A stretch of 64,000 nucleotides of DNA. Origin: Vicinamibacteria bacterium (GTDB lineage Bacteria > Acidobacteriota > Vicinamibacteria > Marinacidobacterales > Marinacidobacteraceae). The position numbers and the translations under genes were made by a program. The notes under the pieces are model-generated. The model worked only from the letters and a program-made list of their open reading frames with translations. It was not told the DNA's origin and made no database searches. Location: contig OZ219816.1 in the NCBI GenBank assembly GCA_964291235.2, positions 256,001 to 320,000 on the forward strand. The letters are read 5' to 3'. This document shows positions 9,450 through 18,081 of this stretch, piece after piece (the first letter of the stretch is position 1; each line of letters begins with the position of its first letter).

Positions 9450-9956
9450 ATGATGCCCCAATCTGCGCAAACACACGATCCCGAACGGAAGCGGTCTCAG
9501 CCGGCAGCGGACCGGCCGCCTTCCGGTCCGGACAGCGCACCGTCCGCACCGGCCGAGGAAGGCGGTCTCTTCCGCGTACTCGTTGAGAGCGGCTGCGATC
9601 CCAACGTCTCTTATACTCTTGAAAAGAGGATACAAACCATGACTTCGCAGGTCGTTGACGACCGCCTGCAGCAGGTGCTGGCGGAACTCCGGCAGATGCG
9701 CGAGGACATGGTCGTGAAGGCGGACTTGGCCGGGTTCGCAACGAAGGCGGACCTGGCTGGGTTCGCAACGAAGGCGGACCTGGCTGCGTGCGCAACAAAG
9801 GCGGACCTGGCTGCGTGCGCAACGAAGGCGGACCTGGCTGGGTGCGCAACGAAAGCGGACCTGGCCAGCCTGGAAACGCGGATGACCCGGTGGATGTTCG
9901 GAGCGCTGATGGCGCAGGCGGCCCTCATCGTCGCCATCGTCAAACTGCTGCCCTGA
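9450..9956 (+). CDS. DUF1640/CCDC90-like coiled-coil membrane protein with ATKADL repeats
   Basis: GGAGGAG SD; KADL core repeated 6 times (5 as ATKADL) at 9-aa period; C-terminal TM RMTRWMFGALMAQAALIVAIVKLL. Confidence 0.85.
   Translation: MMPQSAQTHDPERKRSQPAADRPPSGPDSAPSAPAEEGGLFRVLVESGCDPNVSYTLEKRIQTMTSQVVDDRLQQVLAELRQMREDMVVKADLAGFATKADLAGFATKADLAACATKADLAACATKADLAGCATKADLASLETRMTRWMFGALMAQAALIVAIVKLLP
9716..9866 (+). repeat. 27-bp tandem repeat, about 5.5 units (coding VNTR)
   Basis: Unit GAAGGCGGACCTGGCTG(G/C)GT(T/G)CGCAAC read directly. Confidence 0.92.
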
Positions 9957-10188
9957 CCAAGCGCTTCTCGGTAGGCGCCCAATCCGGGCAGATCATCGCT
10001 ACCTGGGGTTTCCGCCAGCCCCGACCGATGATGCCGGCCCCGATCCGGGGGTTGCCGGACTCAGCCGTCCCGACAGCGCCCGGAAGCACGCAGGCGGAGG
10101 TTCTCGTTACCCGCGTCTTCGGGCTGCCCAGCGGGGTCAAGGCGGCCGCCTCGCGGAGGGCGATTGCGGCGCGGGCTGAGTCGTCCCC

Positions 10189-12249
10189 CTACTGCGGCTC
10201 TCCCAGATTCCGCGGTTCGGCGTCCACGAGCTTCACCGCCCACAGTCCCGAGCTGTTGTCGGCGAGGAAGATGTGGCCCTTGAAGGGCTGCGGTCCCCAG
10301 ACGAACGGGGTGTTCGGTTTCACGGTTTCGGGATCGAACGGGCGGAACATCGCGATCTCGCGGCCCTGCCGGTAGAGGTCGCCCCGCAGCTCGCCGGAGA
10401 TGTCCACCACCCGCAGGCCACCGTTGTAGTAGGCGATATAGAGGACATCGTCTTCGACCCACAGGTTGTGGGTTCCCGCTTCGGGCACCTGGTAACGGGC
10501 CACTTCCCGGGGGTCGTCCCACTCGTCCCACTCGAAGATGTGGATCCAGCCGGCCGCCCGGCGCGGAGCCCGCGGGCCTTCCATCAACTGGTACGGGAAC
10601 GCCTCATCCCCGCCGATCATCAGGAACTTGCCGGTGGACTTGCTCGTGTAGGGATAGGCGGCGTGGTTCCAGCCGCTCGGATACGGCGTCTTGCCCAGCA
10701 TCACCGGGTTGTTCGGGGCGCCGCCCATGCCGCCGCCGCCCACGTCCACCGCGACGACCCCATCGTTCCAGTTGGACGAATACGCGATCCCCTCGTGGAC
10801 CCAGACGTCATGGATCGAGTGGCCGGGGGTGTCCAGCTCGAAGCGTCCCACCCGGTACGGATTCTCCGGATCCTCGGCGTTCAGGATGTCGTAGCGCCGT
10901 CCCGCCGAGAGCGCGTAGATGTGATCTTCGGCGATGAAGACGTTGTGGACGCCGCCGGTGAGCTGATCGTCGTAGCGGGCGATCACCTCGATGCCGTTTT
11001 GCAGGTCGCTGACGTCGAGGATCACCAGGCCGTTCTTCCGGTTTGAGGCGCCCTCGCGGCTGATCACGCAGAACTTCCCGTCCTCCGAGACCTTCACGTC
11101 GTTCACCGTCCGGGCGTCCACCCGCACGGTGTCGATGAGCGAGATCGCCGACGGATCGGTCACGTCCCAGAAATAGGCGTGGCCGTCGGCGCTATGGGTC
11201 CCGGTCACGGCGTAGTCCCGGCCGTCGGTGCCTTCCCACACCCAGAGGTCCGAGGTGCGCCGGTCGCGGACCGGGCCCCGTCCCACAACTTCGACATCCT
11301 TCCGCACGTTCCGGGACCGGACGGCAACGGTCGCGGTCGCCGAGTCGGTGAACCCGTCCACGATCACCGTGTGGGTTCCGGACCGCTCCGCCACGAAGGC
11401 GCCCCGGTCATCGACCTGGCCGATGGCCCCGGGCGCCACGATCCCGTCCGCCGGAACCCCGAAGGTCGCGTACTGCACCGGGTAGTCGGGAACCTCGTTG
11501 CCGGCGGCGTCGGTGACCCCGGCCTCGAAGAACACCACGTCTCCGGTCCGCACCGCGTCCTCCGGCGTCCCGTTCAGGGTGATCGAGGCGACCGGGTTCG
11601 CAAGCACCTCGATCGGCCGGCCGCTCGAGGCCTCCTCGGCAGAGACCGTGAGCGTGGTCCGTCCAGCGCTCACCAGGGTGAGCACTCCCAGGGAATCCAC
11701 GCTCGCCACCGACGGATCGGCGGAACTCCACCCCACGTCCACATCGTGCCGGACGGCGCCCGAGATGTCGGTGACCGTCGGACGCAGGCCGACCTCGGTC
11801 CCGGCGTAGAGGTGGCCCGGCAGGTTCGCGACCTCGACCGTGGCCACCGGCGGATTCGGGATCGTCACCGGGATCTCCACCGTTACCGCGGGCTCGGCCC
11901 GCCGGTGGTTGTCCTCGGGATCCTTCGGCACCATGGCAATCAGGACGTGCTCGCCGGGCCGGTAGGCCTGCACGATCCCCGCCGGGTTGACCCCCACCGC
12001 CCGGCGGCGGCGGGAGTAGAACACCACCGTCCGGTCCATGACGTTGCCGTCGGCGTCCCGGACCTCGGCTTCCAGCGTCAGGGAGTCCCCGACCTCGAGT
12101 TCGAGTTCGGACGGCGTGACGATGAGTTCGGCGGGCTGCGGACCGGCGGCTTCTTCCGCTTCCTCTTCCTGGGCGAATGCCGGGAAGGCGAGAAGGAGCA
12201 GGGCGGCTGCCGCGGCGGCAACGAGGTGGAGGCGAATGGATCGGGTCAT
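10189..12249 (-). CDS. Secreted Ig-like + LVIVD beta-propeller protein, paralog 2
   Basis: Colinear with and highly similar to paralogs 1, 3 and 4; its upstream region is homologous to that of paralog 1. Confidence 0.85.
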   Translation of the reverse strand: MTRSIRLHLVAAAAAALLLLAFPAFAQEEEAEEAAGPQPAELIVTPSELELEVGDSLTLEAEVRDADGNVMDRTVVFYSRRRRAVGVNPAGIVQAYRPGEHVLIAMVPKDPEDNHRRAEPAVTVEIPVTIPNPPVATVEVANLPGHLYAGTEVGLRPTVTDISGAVRHDVDVGWSSADPSVASVDSLGVLTLVSAGRTTLTVSAEEASSGRPIEVLANPVASITLNGTPEDAVRTGDVVFFEAGVTDAAGNEVPDYPVQYATFGVPADGIVAPGAIGQVDDRGAFVAERSGTHTVIVDGFTDSATATVAVRSRNVRKDVEVVGRGPVRDRRTSDLWVWEGTDGRDYAVTGTHSADGHAYFWDVTDPSAISLIDTVRVDARTVNDVKVSEDGKFCVISREGASNRKNGLVILDVSDLQNGIEVIARYDDQLTGGVHNVFIAEDHIYALSAGRRYDILNAEDPENPYRVGRFELDTPGHSIHDVWVHEGIAYSSNWNDGVVAVDVGGGGMGGAPNNPVMLGKTPYPSGWNHAAYPYTSKSTGKFLMIGGDEAFPYQLMEGPRAPRRAAGWIHIFEWDEWDDPREVARYQVPEAGTHNLWVEDDVLYIAYYNGGLRVVDISGELRGDLYRQGREIAMFRPFDPETVKPNTPFVWGPQPFKGHIFLADNSSGLWAVKLVDAEPRNLGEPQ

Positions 12250-12572
12250 GGTTTCGCGGTCCCTCCGGGCTGGGGAATATACGCCCACCCGCCGGGCGGC
12301 CATCTTCGCACCGACTTTTCCGCATCGGCGCCGGACGTGAGACGAAATCGGCGCGAAGTCCGTCTATGCAGGCAGGGAGGACATCCCGTCTTCCGAAGAC
12401 CGATCCCGCAAGGAGAAAACCCGATGCCGCGGCCCAGCGCCTCATCCGCCCCCGAGGCGAAGCCCTCGCAGTCGACAGCAGCGGCCCCGCTTCCCCCGGT
12501 CAGGCGCAGGGCCATCCACCCGGGTTTCGCGCTCCCGCGCAAAGCCCGCCAGAAGCCGGGGCTTCCCCCTCC

Positions 12573-14639
12573 CTACTCGGGCTCTCCGAGGTTCACCGGC
12601 TCGGGATCCACGAGCTTGACCGCCCACAGACCCGAGTTCATGTCGCTGAGGTAGATGTGGCCCTTGTAGGGCTGCGGTCCCCAGACCATCGGCGCGTTGG
12701 GAACCCGGCTCTCCGGGTCGAAGGGACGGAACATCGCGATCTCGCGGCCCTGCCGGTAGAGATCGCCCCGCAGCTCGCCGGAGATGTCCACCACCCGCAG
12801 GCCGCCGTTGTAGTAGCCGATGTAGAGGATGTCGTCCTCGACCCAGAGATTGTGGGTTCCGGCCTCGGGTACCTGGTAGCGGGCCACCTCGCGGGCGTTT
12901 TCCCATTCGTCCCACTCGAAGATGTGGATCCAGCCCGCCGCGCGTCCCGGGGTCCGCTCCGCGCGCATGGTCTGGTGCGGGAACGCCTCGTCGCCGCCGA
13001 TCATCAGGAACTTGCCGGTGGACTGGCTCCGGTAGGGATACGCGGCGTGGTTCCAGCCGCTCGGATACGGGGTCTGGCCCAACAGCACCGGGTTGTTCGG
13101 GGCGCCGCCCTTGCCGCCGCCGCCCACGTCCACGGCCACCACCCCGTCGTTCCAGTTGGACGAGTAGGCGATGCCTTCGTGGACCCACACGTCGTGGATC
13201 GAGTGGCCGGGAGTGTCCATCTCGAAGCGTCCGACCCGGTAGGGATTCTCCGGATCCTCGGCGTTCAGGATGTCGTAGCGCCGTCCCGCCGAAAGCGCAT
13301 AGACATGGTCTTCCGCGATGAAGACGTTGTGGACCCCGCCGGTGAGCTGATCGTCGTAGCGGGCGATCACCTCAATCCCGTTCTGCGGGTCGCTGACGTC
13401 GAGGATCACCAGACCGTTCTTGCGGTTCGAGGCGCCCTCGCGGCTGATCACGCAGAACATCCCGTCCTCCGAGACCTTGACGTCGTTCACCGTCCGGGCG
13501 TCCACCCGCACGGTGTCGATCAGCGTGATCGCGGACGGGTCGGTGACGTCCCAGAAGTAAGCGTGGCCGTCGGCGCTGTGAGTGCCGGTCACGGCGTAGT
13601 CCCGGCCGTCAACGCCTTCCCAGACCCACAGGTCCGAGGTGCGGCGGTCGCGGACGGGGCCCTGACCGACGATCTGGACGTCCTTGCGGACCTTCCTGGC
13701 CACCACCGCCACCGTAGCGCTCGCCGATTCGGTGAATCCGTCGGCGATCACGGTGTGGGTGCCGGAACGCTCGGCCACGAACGCGCCCGCCTCATCCACC
13801 TGGCCGATGGCCCCGGGGGCCACGATCCCGTCGGTGGGCACTCCGAAAGTCGCGAACTGCACCGGGTAGTCCGGCACCTCGTTCCCGGAGGCGTCCGTCA
13901 CCTTGGCCTCGAAGAACACCACGTCTCCGGTCCGCACCGCGTCCTCCGGCGTCCCGCTCAGGGTGATCGACGCCACCGGGTTGGCGAGCACCTCGATCGC
14001 GGTGTCGCTCGACGCCTCCTCGGCGGAGACCGTGACGGTCGTCGCGCCTGCGCTCATCAGGGTGATCACGCCGAGCGCGTCCACGCTGGCTACCGAGGGA
14101 TCGGCGGAACTCCACCCCACTTCCACGTCGTTTCGGACGGCGCCCGAAATGTCGGTGACCAGGGAGCGCAGGCCGATTTCGGTTCCCGTGTAGAGATGGC
14201 CCGGGAGATTGGAAATTTCCACCGTCGCCACCGGAGGGTTCGGGATGGTCACCGGGATCTCCACCATGACCGCCGGCTCGGCTCGCCGGCTGGTGTCCTC
14301 GGGGTCCTTCGGCACCATGGCGATCAGGGTGTGTTCGCCGGGCCGGTAGGCCTCGACGATGCCCGCCGGGTTCACGCCCACGGAGCGCCGGCGGCGCGAA
14401 AAGAACACCACCGTGCGGTCCATCGGGTTGCCCTCGCCGTCCCGGACCTCGGACTGGAGCGTCAGCTGGTCGCCGACCTCGAGTTCGACTTCGGCAGGCG
14501 TGATGATGAGCTCGGCCGGCTGCGGACCGGCCTCCGCGTCTTCCTCTTCCTGGGCGAGCGCGAGTCCGGGGACCAGCGCGAAGGCCAGACCGAGCGCGAT
14601 CAGGAGACGCGCCCGCGGGTTCGAATTTTTCAGGGTCAT
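12573..14639 (-). CDS. Secreted Ig-like + LVIVD beta-propeller protein, paralog 3
   Basis: Same architecture; GGGAGG SD; signal peptide ending ALA-Q. Confidence 0.85.
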   Translation of the reverse strand: MTLKNSNPRARLLIALGLAFALVPGLALAQEEEDAEAGPQPAELIITPAEVELEVGDQLTLQSEVRDGEGNPMDRTVVFFSRRRRSVGVNPAGIVEAYRPGEHTLIAMVPKDPEDTSRRAEPAVMVEIPVTIPNPPVATVEISNLPGHLYTGTEIGLRSLVTDISGAVRNDVEVGWSSADPSVASVDALGVITLMSAGATTVTVSAEEASSDTAIEVLANPVASITLSGTPEDAVRTGDVVFFEAKVTDASGNEVPDYPVQFATFGVPTDGIVAPGAIGQVDEAGAFVAERSGTHTVIADGFTESASATVAVVARKVRKDVQIVGQGPVRDRRTSDLWVWEGVDGRDYAVTGTHSADGHAYFWDVTDPSAITLIDTVRVDARTVNDVKVSEDGMFCVISREGASNRKNGLVILDVSDPQNGIEVIARYDDQLTGGVHNVFIAEDHVYALSAGRRYDILNAEDPENPYRVGRFEMDTPGHSIHDVWVHEGIAYSSNWNDGVVAVDVGGGGKGGAPNNPVLLGQTPYPSGWNHAAYPYRSQSTGKFLMIGGDEAFPHQTMRAERTPGRAAGWIHIFEWDEWENAREVARYQVPEAGTHNLWVEDDILYIGYYNGGLRVVDISGELRGDLYRQGREIAMFRPFDPESRVPNAPMVWGPQPYKGHIYLSDMNSGLWAVKLVDPEPVNLGEPE

Positions 14640-14662
14640 GTTCCCTCCCTGACCGGCGAAGC

Positions 14663-15796
14663 TCACGGCTCGCCCTTCCAGTAAATGATGCCGCCGGCCT
14701 GCTTGCCGACGTCGATCTCGGAGACGCGCTGGGCGGCGGCGATGTCATAGACCTCGACCGTGCCCGGCTCGCCGCCCACGCCTTCCAGAGTGACGATCGC
14801 GTAACGGTCGTCGTCGGACACCACCACACCGTGGGGTACCCGCCGGGTGGTTTCCGGGGCGGCGATCAGCTCGCCGCTCTCCAGGTCCCAGAATCCGACC
14901 TTCTTGCCGGACTTGTAGGTGGCGACCAGCACGCCGCCGTCCGAAGTGATCTCCAGGTTGTAGGGGTTCTGGCCGGGTCCGGCGTCGAACCGCCGGGAGA
15001 CCTCCCACGCCTCGAGATCCACCTCGTAGATGGCGCTGTCGCCGTTCCCGGCCACGTACACCTTCCCGGCGGGCGACGGCTTGGTCGCCCAGGTCGGCTT
15101 GACCACCGGCGCCCGCATTTCGTCCATATTGGCCATGTCGCCATGGTCCATACCGGCGTGGGGGTCGGTCCCGAGATAGAGCCGCCGCGCGATTTCGAAG
15201 CGCATGGCGTCCACCTCGACCAGCTCGTCATCCATCATGTTCACCGAGTAGAGCCGGTCGCCCTTGGCGTTCATCCGCGCTCCGTGCGGCATGACGCCGG
15301 TGTCGATGGTGGCCACCTCGATCATGGTGCCGGTCTCCACCACCGAGATGGTGCTCGGGACGTGGTCGCCGTGGAGGTTGAAGTTCACGACGTAGAGCAG
15401 CCCGGTGCTCGGCGAGATGTCCATGGTGGCCGGAAACATGCCTAGAGTGGCGTCCCCGAGCCATTCGTTGGTTCCGGTCTCGTACTTGTGCACCGCGCCG
15501 AAGGGCATGCCGTGGGCGATGGACAAGAACCAGTAGCGGCCGTCGGACGAGATATTGATCCCGTGCGGGCCCTCGGTTTCCGTCGGGAAGCTGCCCACCG
15601 CGATCTCATCGATCTCCTCGAACCCGCTCGGTCCGTAGCGGAGCAGGTGGACGGTGTCGTCCGACTCCGCACAGACATAGACAAAGTAGTTGCGTCTCGG
15701 CGGCTCCGGGTCCTCGGCGGCGGCCGCGAGGGGCAGCAGGCCGAGAATCAGCGCCAGGGCGGCTGCGAAGCGGAGTCGGGAGGGGCTGGATGTCAG
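14663..15796 (-). CDS. YncE/YVTN-type beta-propeller protein, secreted; probable CTG start
   Basis: GPHGI, MPHGA and VPHGV repeats; signal peptide ending AAA-E; GAGGAG SD 7 nt before CTG 15796. Confidence 0.78.
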   Translation of the reverse strand: MTSSPSRLRFAAALALILGLLPLAAAAEDPEPPRRNYFVYVCAESDDTVHLLRYGPSGFEEIDEIAVGSFPTETEGPHGINISSDGRYWFLSIAHGMPFGAVHKYETGTNEWLGDATLGMFPATMDISPSTGLLYVVNFNLHGDHVPSTISVVETGTMIEVATIDTGVMPHGARMNAKGDRLYSVNMMDDELVEVDAMRFEIARRLYLGTDPHAGMDHGDMANMDEMRAPVVKPTWATKPSPAGKVYVAGNGDSAIYEVDLEAWEVSRRFDAGPGQNPYNLEITSDGGVLVATYKSGKKVGFWDLESGELIAAPETTRRVPHGVVVSDDDRYAIVTLEGVGGEPGTVEVYDIAAAQRVSEIDVGKQAGGIIYWKGEP

Positions 15797-15807
15797 CTGG
15801 GTTCTCC

Positions 15808-17865
15808 TCAATTCGGTTCTCCCATGTTGCGCGGCGTCTCGGGATCCACGAGCTTCACGGCCCACAGCCCCGAGTTGAAGTCGGTGAAGAAGATGGTGCC
15901 CTTGAAGGGCTGGGGACCCCACACGAAGGGAGCGTTCCGCTTGTAGCCGTCGGGATCGGCAGGCTCGAAGAAGGTGATCTCCCGGCCCTGCTGGTAGAGG
16001 TCGCCGCGCAGATCACCGGAGACGTCCACCACCCGGAGGCCGCCGTTGTAGTAGCCGACGTAGAGGATGTCGTCCTCCACCCACAGGTTGTGGCTGCCGG
16101 CCTCGGGCACCTGGTAGCGGGCGACTTCCCGGCCTTCGCCTCCGTCTTCGTCCCACTCGGCGATGTGGATCCAGCCGGCGGCCCGGTCGGGAAGCTTCCC
16201 GCCGGGATCGAAGCTCCAGGGGAAACTTTCATCCCCGGCGAACACCAGCATCTTGCCGGTGGACTGGCTCCGGTAGGGAAAGCCCGCGTGGTTCCAGCCG
16301 TTCGGGTACTTGAAGCTCCCGATCATCTTGGGATCGTTCGGAGCGCCGCCGAGGTCTCCCCCGCCGATGTCCACCGCGACCACACCGTCGGTCCAGTTCG
16401 AGGACCAGGCGATGCCGTCCTGAACCCAGACGTCGTGAATGCCGTGCCCCGGGGTGTCGAGCTCGAAACGTCCGACCCGGTAGGGATTCGCCGGATCCTC
16501 GGCGTTCAGGATGTCGTAACGCCGCCCGGCGGAGAGCGCCAGGATGTGGTTCTCGGCCACGAATGTGTTGTGGACGCCCCCGCTCATCTGGTCGTCGTAG
16601 CGCGCGATGATCTTCACGCCGTCCGTCGGGTTCTCGACATTGAGCACGACCAGCCCGTTCTTCCGGTTCGAGGCGCCTTCGCGGCTGATGACCGCGAACT
16701 TGCCGTCCGGAGAGACCTTGACGTCGTTCACCGTGCGGGCGTCCACCCGGACGGTATCCACCAGGTGGATGCTCGACGGATCGGTCACGTCCCAGAAATA
16801 GGCGTGCCCGTCGGCGCCCCAGGTTCCGGTGATCGCGTAGTCCCGGCCGTCAACGCCTTCCCAGACCCAAAGATCCGAGGTGTGGCGGTCACGGACCGGA
16901 CCGCGCCCGAGGATCTCCCAGTCCTTCTTGATGTTGCGGGAAGTGGCGCGGATCGTCTCGCGGGCCGTCAGGGAGCCCCCGGAAACCACCACGGTGTGGA
17001 GACCCGGACGCTCGGCCACGAAGGCGCCGTCCGGCTCCACGAAGGCCGCGGCTCCGGGCGCCACCAGGGTGTCGGGCGTGCGGGTCGAAACCGCGTATTG
17101 CAGCGGATAGTCGGGAACCTCGTTGCCGCTCGCGTCGAGCGCGCGGGCCTCGAACCAGACCACGTCCCCGGTCCGCACTTCCCCCTCGCTCGCCGAGACG
17201 TCGAGACGCACCGCCGGGTTGGCGCTCACTGAGATCGCGGCTTCGCCGCTCACCGATTCGGCACTCGCCGAAATCGTCGCGGAACCCTCGCCGCGGAGCA
17301 TGAGCACCCCGTGTTCGCTGACCGTCGCCACCGAGGAGTCGCTCGAGGACCACGCGAAGTCGGGCTTCCGCTCGGCGCCGGAGGCATCCGTGGCCATGGC
17401 GGTTACCCGCAGCGAGGTGCCCTCGTAGAGGCTCGCCGGAAGGGCGGCGATCTCGACACTCGCGAGGGCCGGCCACGGCACGCTCACCGGAACCTCCACC
17501 ATGAGCGCCGCCTCGGCGCGCCGGTCCAGCGCCTCCGGATTCTGCGGCACCATGACGATCAGGGTCTGGTCCCCCGGCCGGTGGGCTTCCACCATTCCCG
17601 CGGGGTTCACCCCGACGTAGCGCCGGGCGCGCGAGAAGAAGACCACCCCGCGCTCGAGCGTGTTTCCGTCGGCATCCTTGACGGTCGCGGTGAGCTGGGC
17701 GCTGCTGCCGACCTCGAGGGTCAGTTCCGGCGGATCCACGACGAGCTCCGCCGGTTCCTGCGCCGCCGCAGAGCCGGCGAGCAGGACCCCGGCGCACGTC
17801 AGCGCACCCAGGAACAAGAGCCGGTCAGAACGCCTGCCGGCGAAGGAATGAATCATCTTTAGCAT
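15808..17865 (-). CDS. Secreted Ig-like + LVIVD beta-propeller protein, paralog 4 (most diverged)
   Basis: Same motifs; TACAAT -10 on the minus strand at 17911-17916; start at 17865 or 17856. Confidence 0.85.
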   Translation of the reverse strand: MLKMIHSFAGRRSDRLLFLGALTCAGVLLAGSAAAQEPAELVVDPPELTLEVGSSAQLTATVKDADGNTLERGVVFFSRARRYVGVNPAGMVEAHRPGDQTLIVMVPQNPEALDRRAEAALMVEVPVSVPWPALASVEIAALPASLYEGTSLRVTAMATDASGAERKPDFAWSSSDSSVATVSEHGVLMLRGEGSATISASAESVSGEAAISVSANPAVRLDVSASEGEVRTGDVVWFEARALDASGNEVPDYPLQYAVSTRTPDTLVAPGAAAFVEPDGAFVAERPGLHTVVVSGGSLTARETIRATSRNIKKDWEILGRGPVRDRHTSDLWVWEGVDGRDYAITGTWGADGHAYFWDVTDPSSIHLVDTVRVDARTVNDVKVSPDGKFAVISREGASNRKNGLVVLNVENPTDGVKIIARYDDQMSGGVHNTFVAENHILALSAGRRYDILNAEDPANPYRVGRFELDTPGHGIHDVWVQDGIAWSSNWTDGVVAVDIGGGDLGGAPNDPKMIGSFKYPNGWNHAGFPYRSQSTGKMLVFAGDESFPWSFDPGGKLPDRAAGWIHIAEWDEDGGEGREVARYQVPEAGSHNLWVEDDILYVGYYNGGLRVVDVSGDLRGDLYQQGREITFFEPADPDGYKRNAPFVWGPQPFKGTIFFTDFNSGLWAVKLVDPETPRNMGEPN

Positions 17866-18081
17866 GGCCGTGGAGAACCCTCCTGCACTAGCCCCAGTGG
17901 GCAACAGGCGATTGTATCGGCTCCGCAGCAGCGAAGCCGCCTACCGTCGGCGGTGAAGAGGCGCGTACCGCCCGAAACACCGGCGTCCGGTCGGAACAGC
18001 GGCGCGCAGCACCGTCGTCGGCGGTGGACTGCCTCGCACTTTCATGGCGCACCCGCTCCGCAAGCGCCGGACAGACCGCCC

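Noticed and set aside
9716-9866. CRISPR array (also 2376-2540)
   Set aside because: Units are contiguous, in-frame multiples of 3 with no unique spacers, and no cas genes are present.
7217-17865. Diversity-generating retroelement or invertase shufflon behind paralog variation
   Set aside because: No reverse transcriptase or recombinase in the window, no adenine-specific TR/VR pair seen, and all copies are full length and co-oriented.
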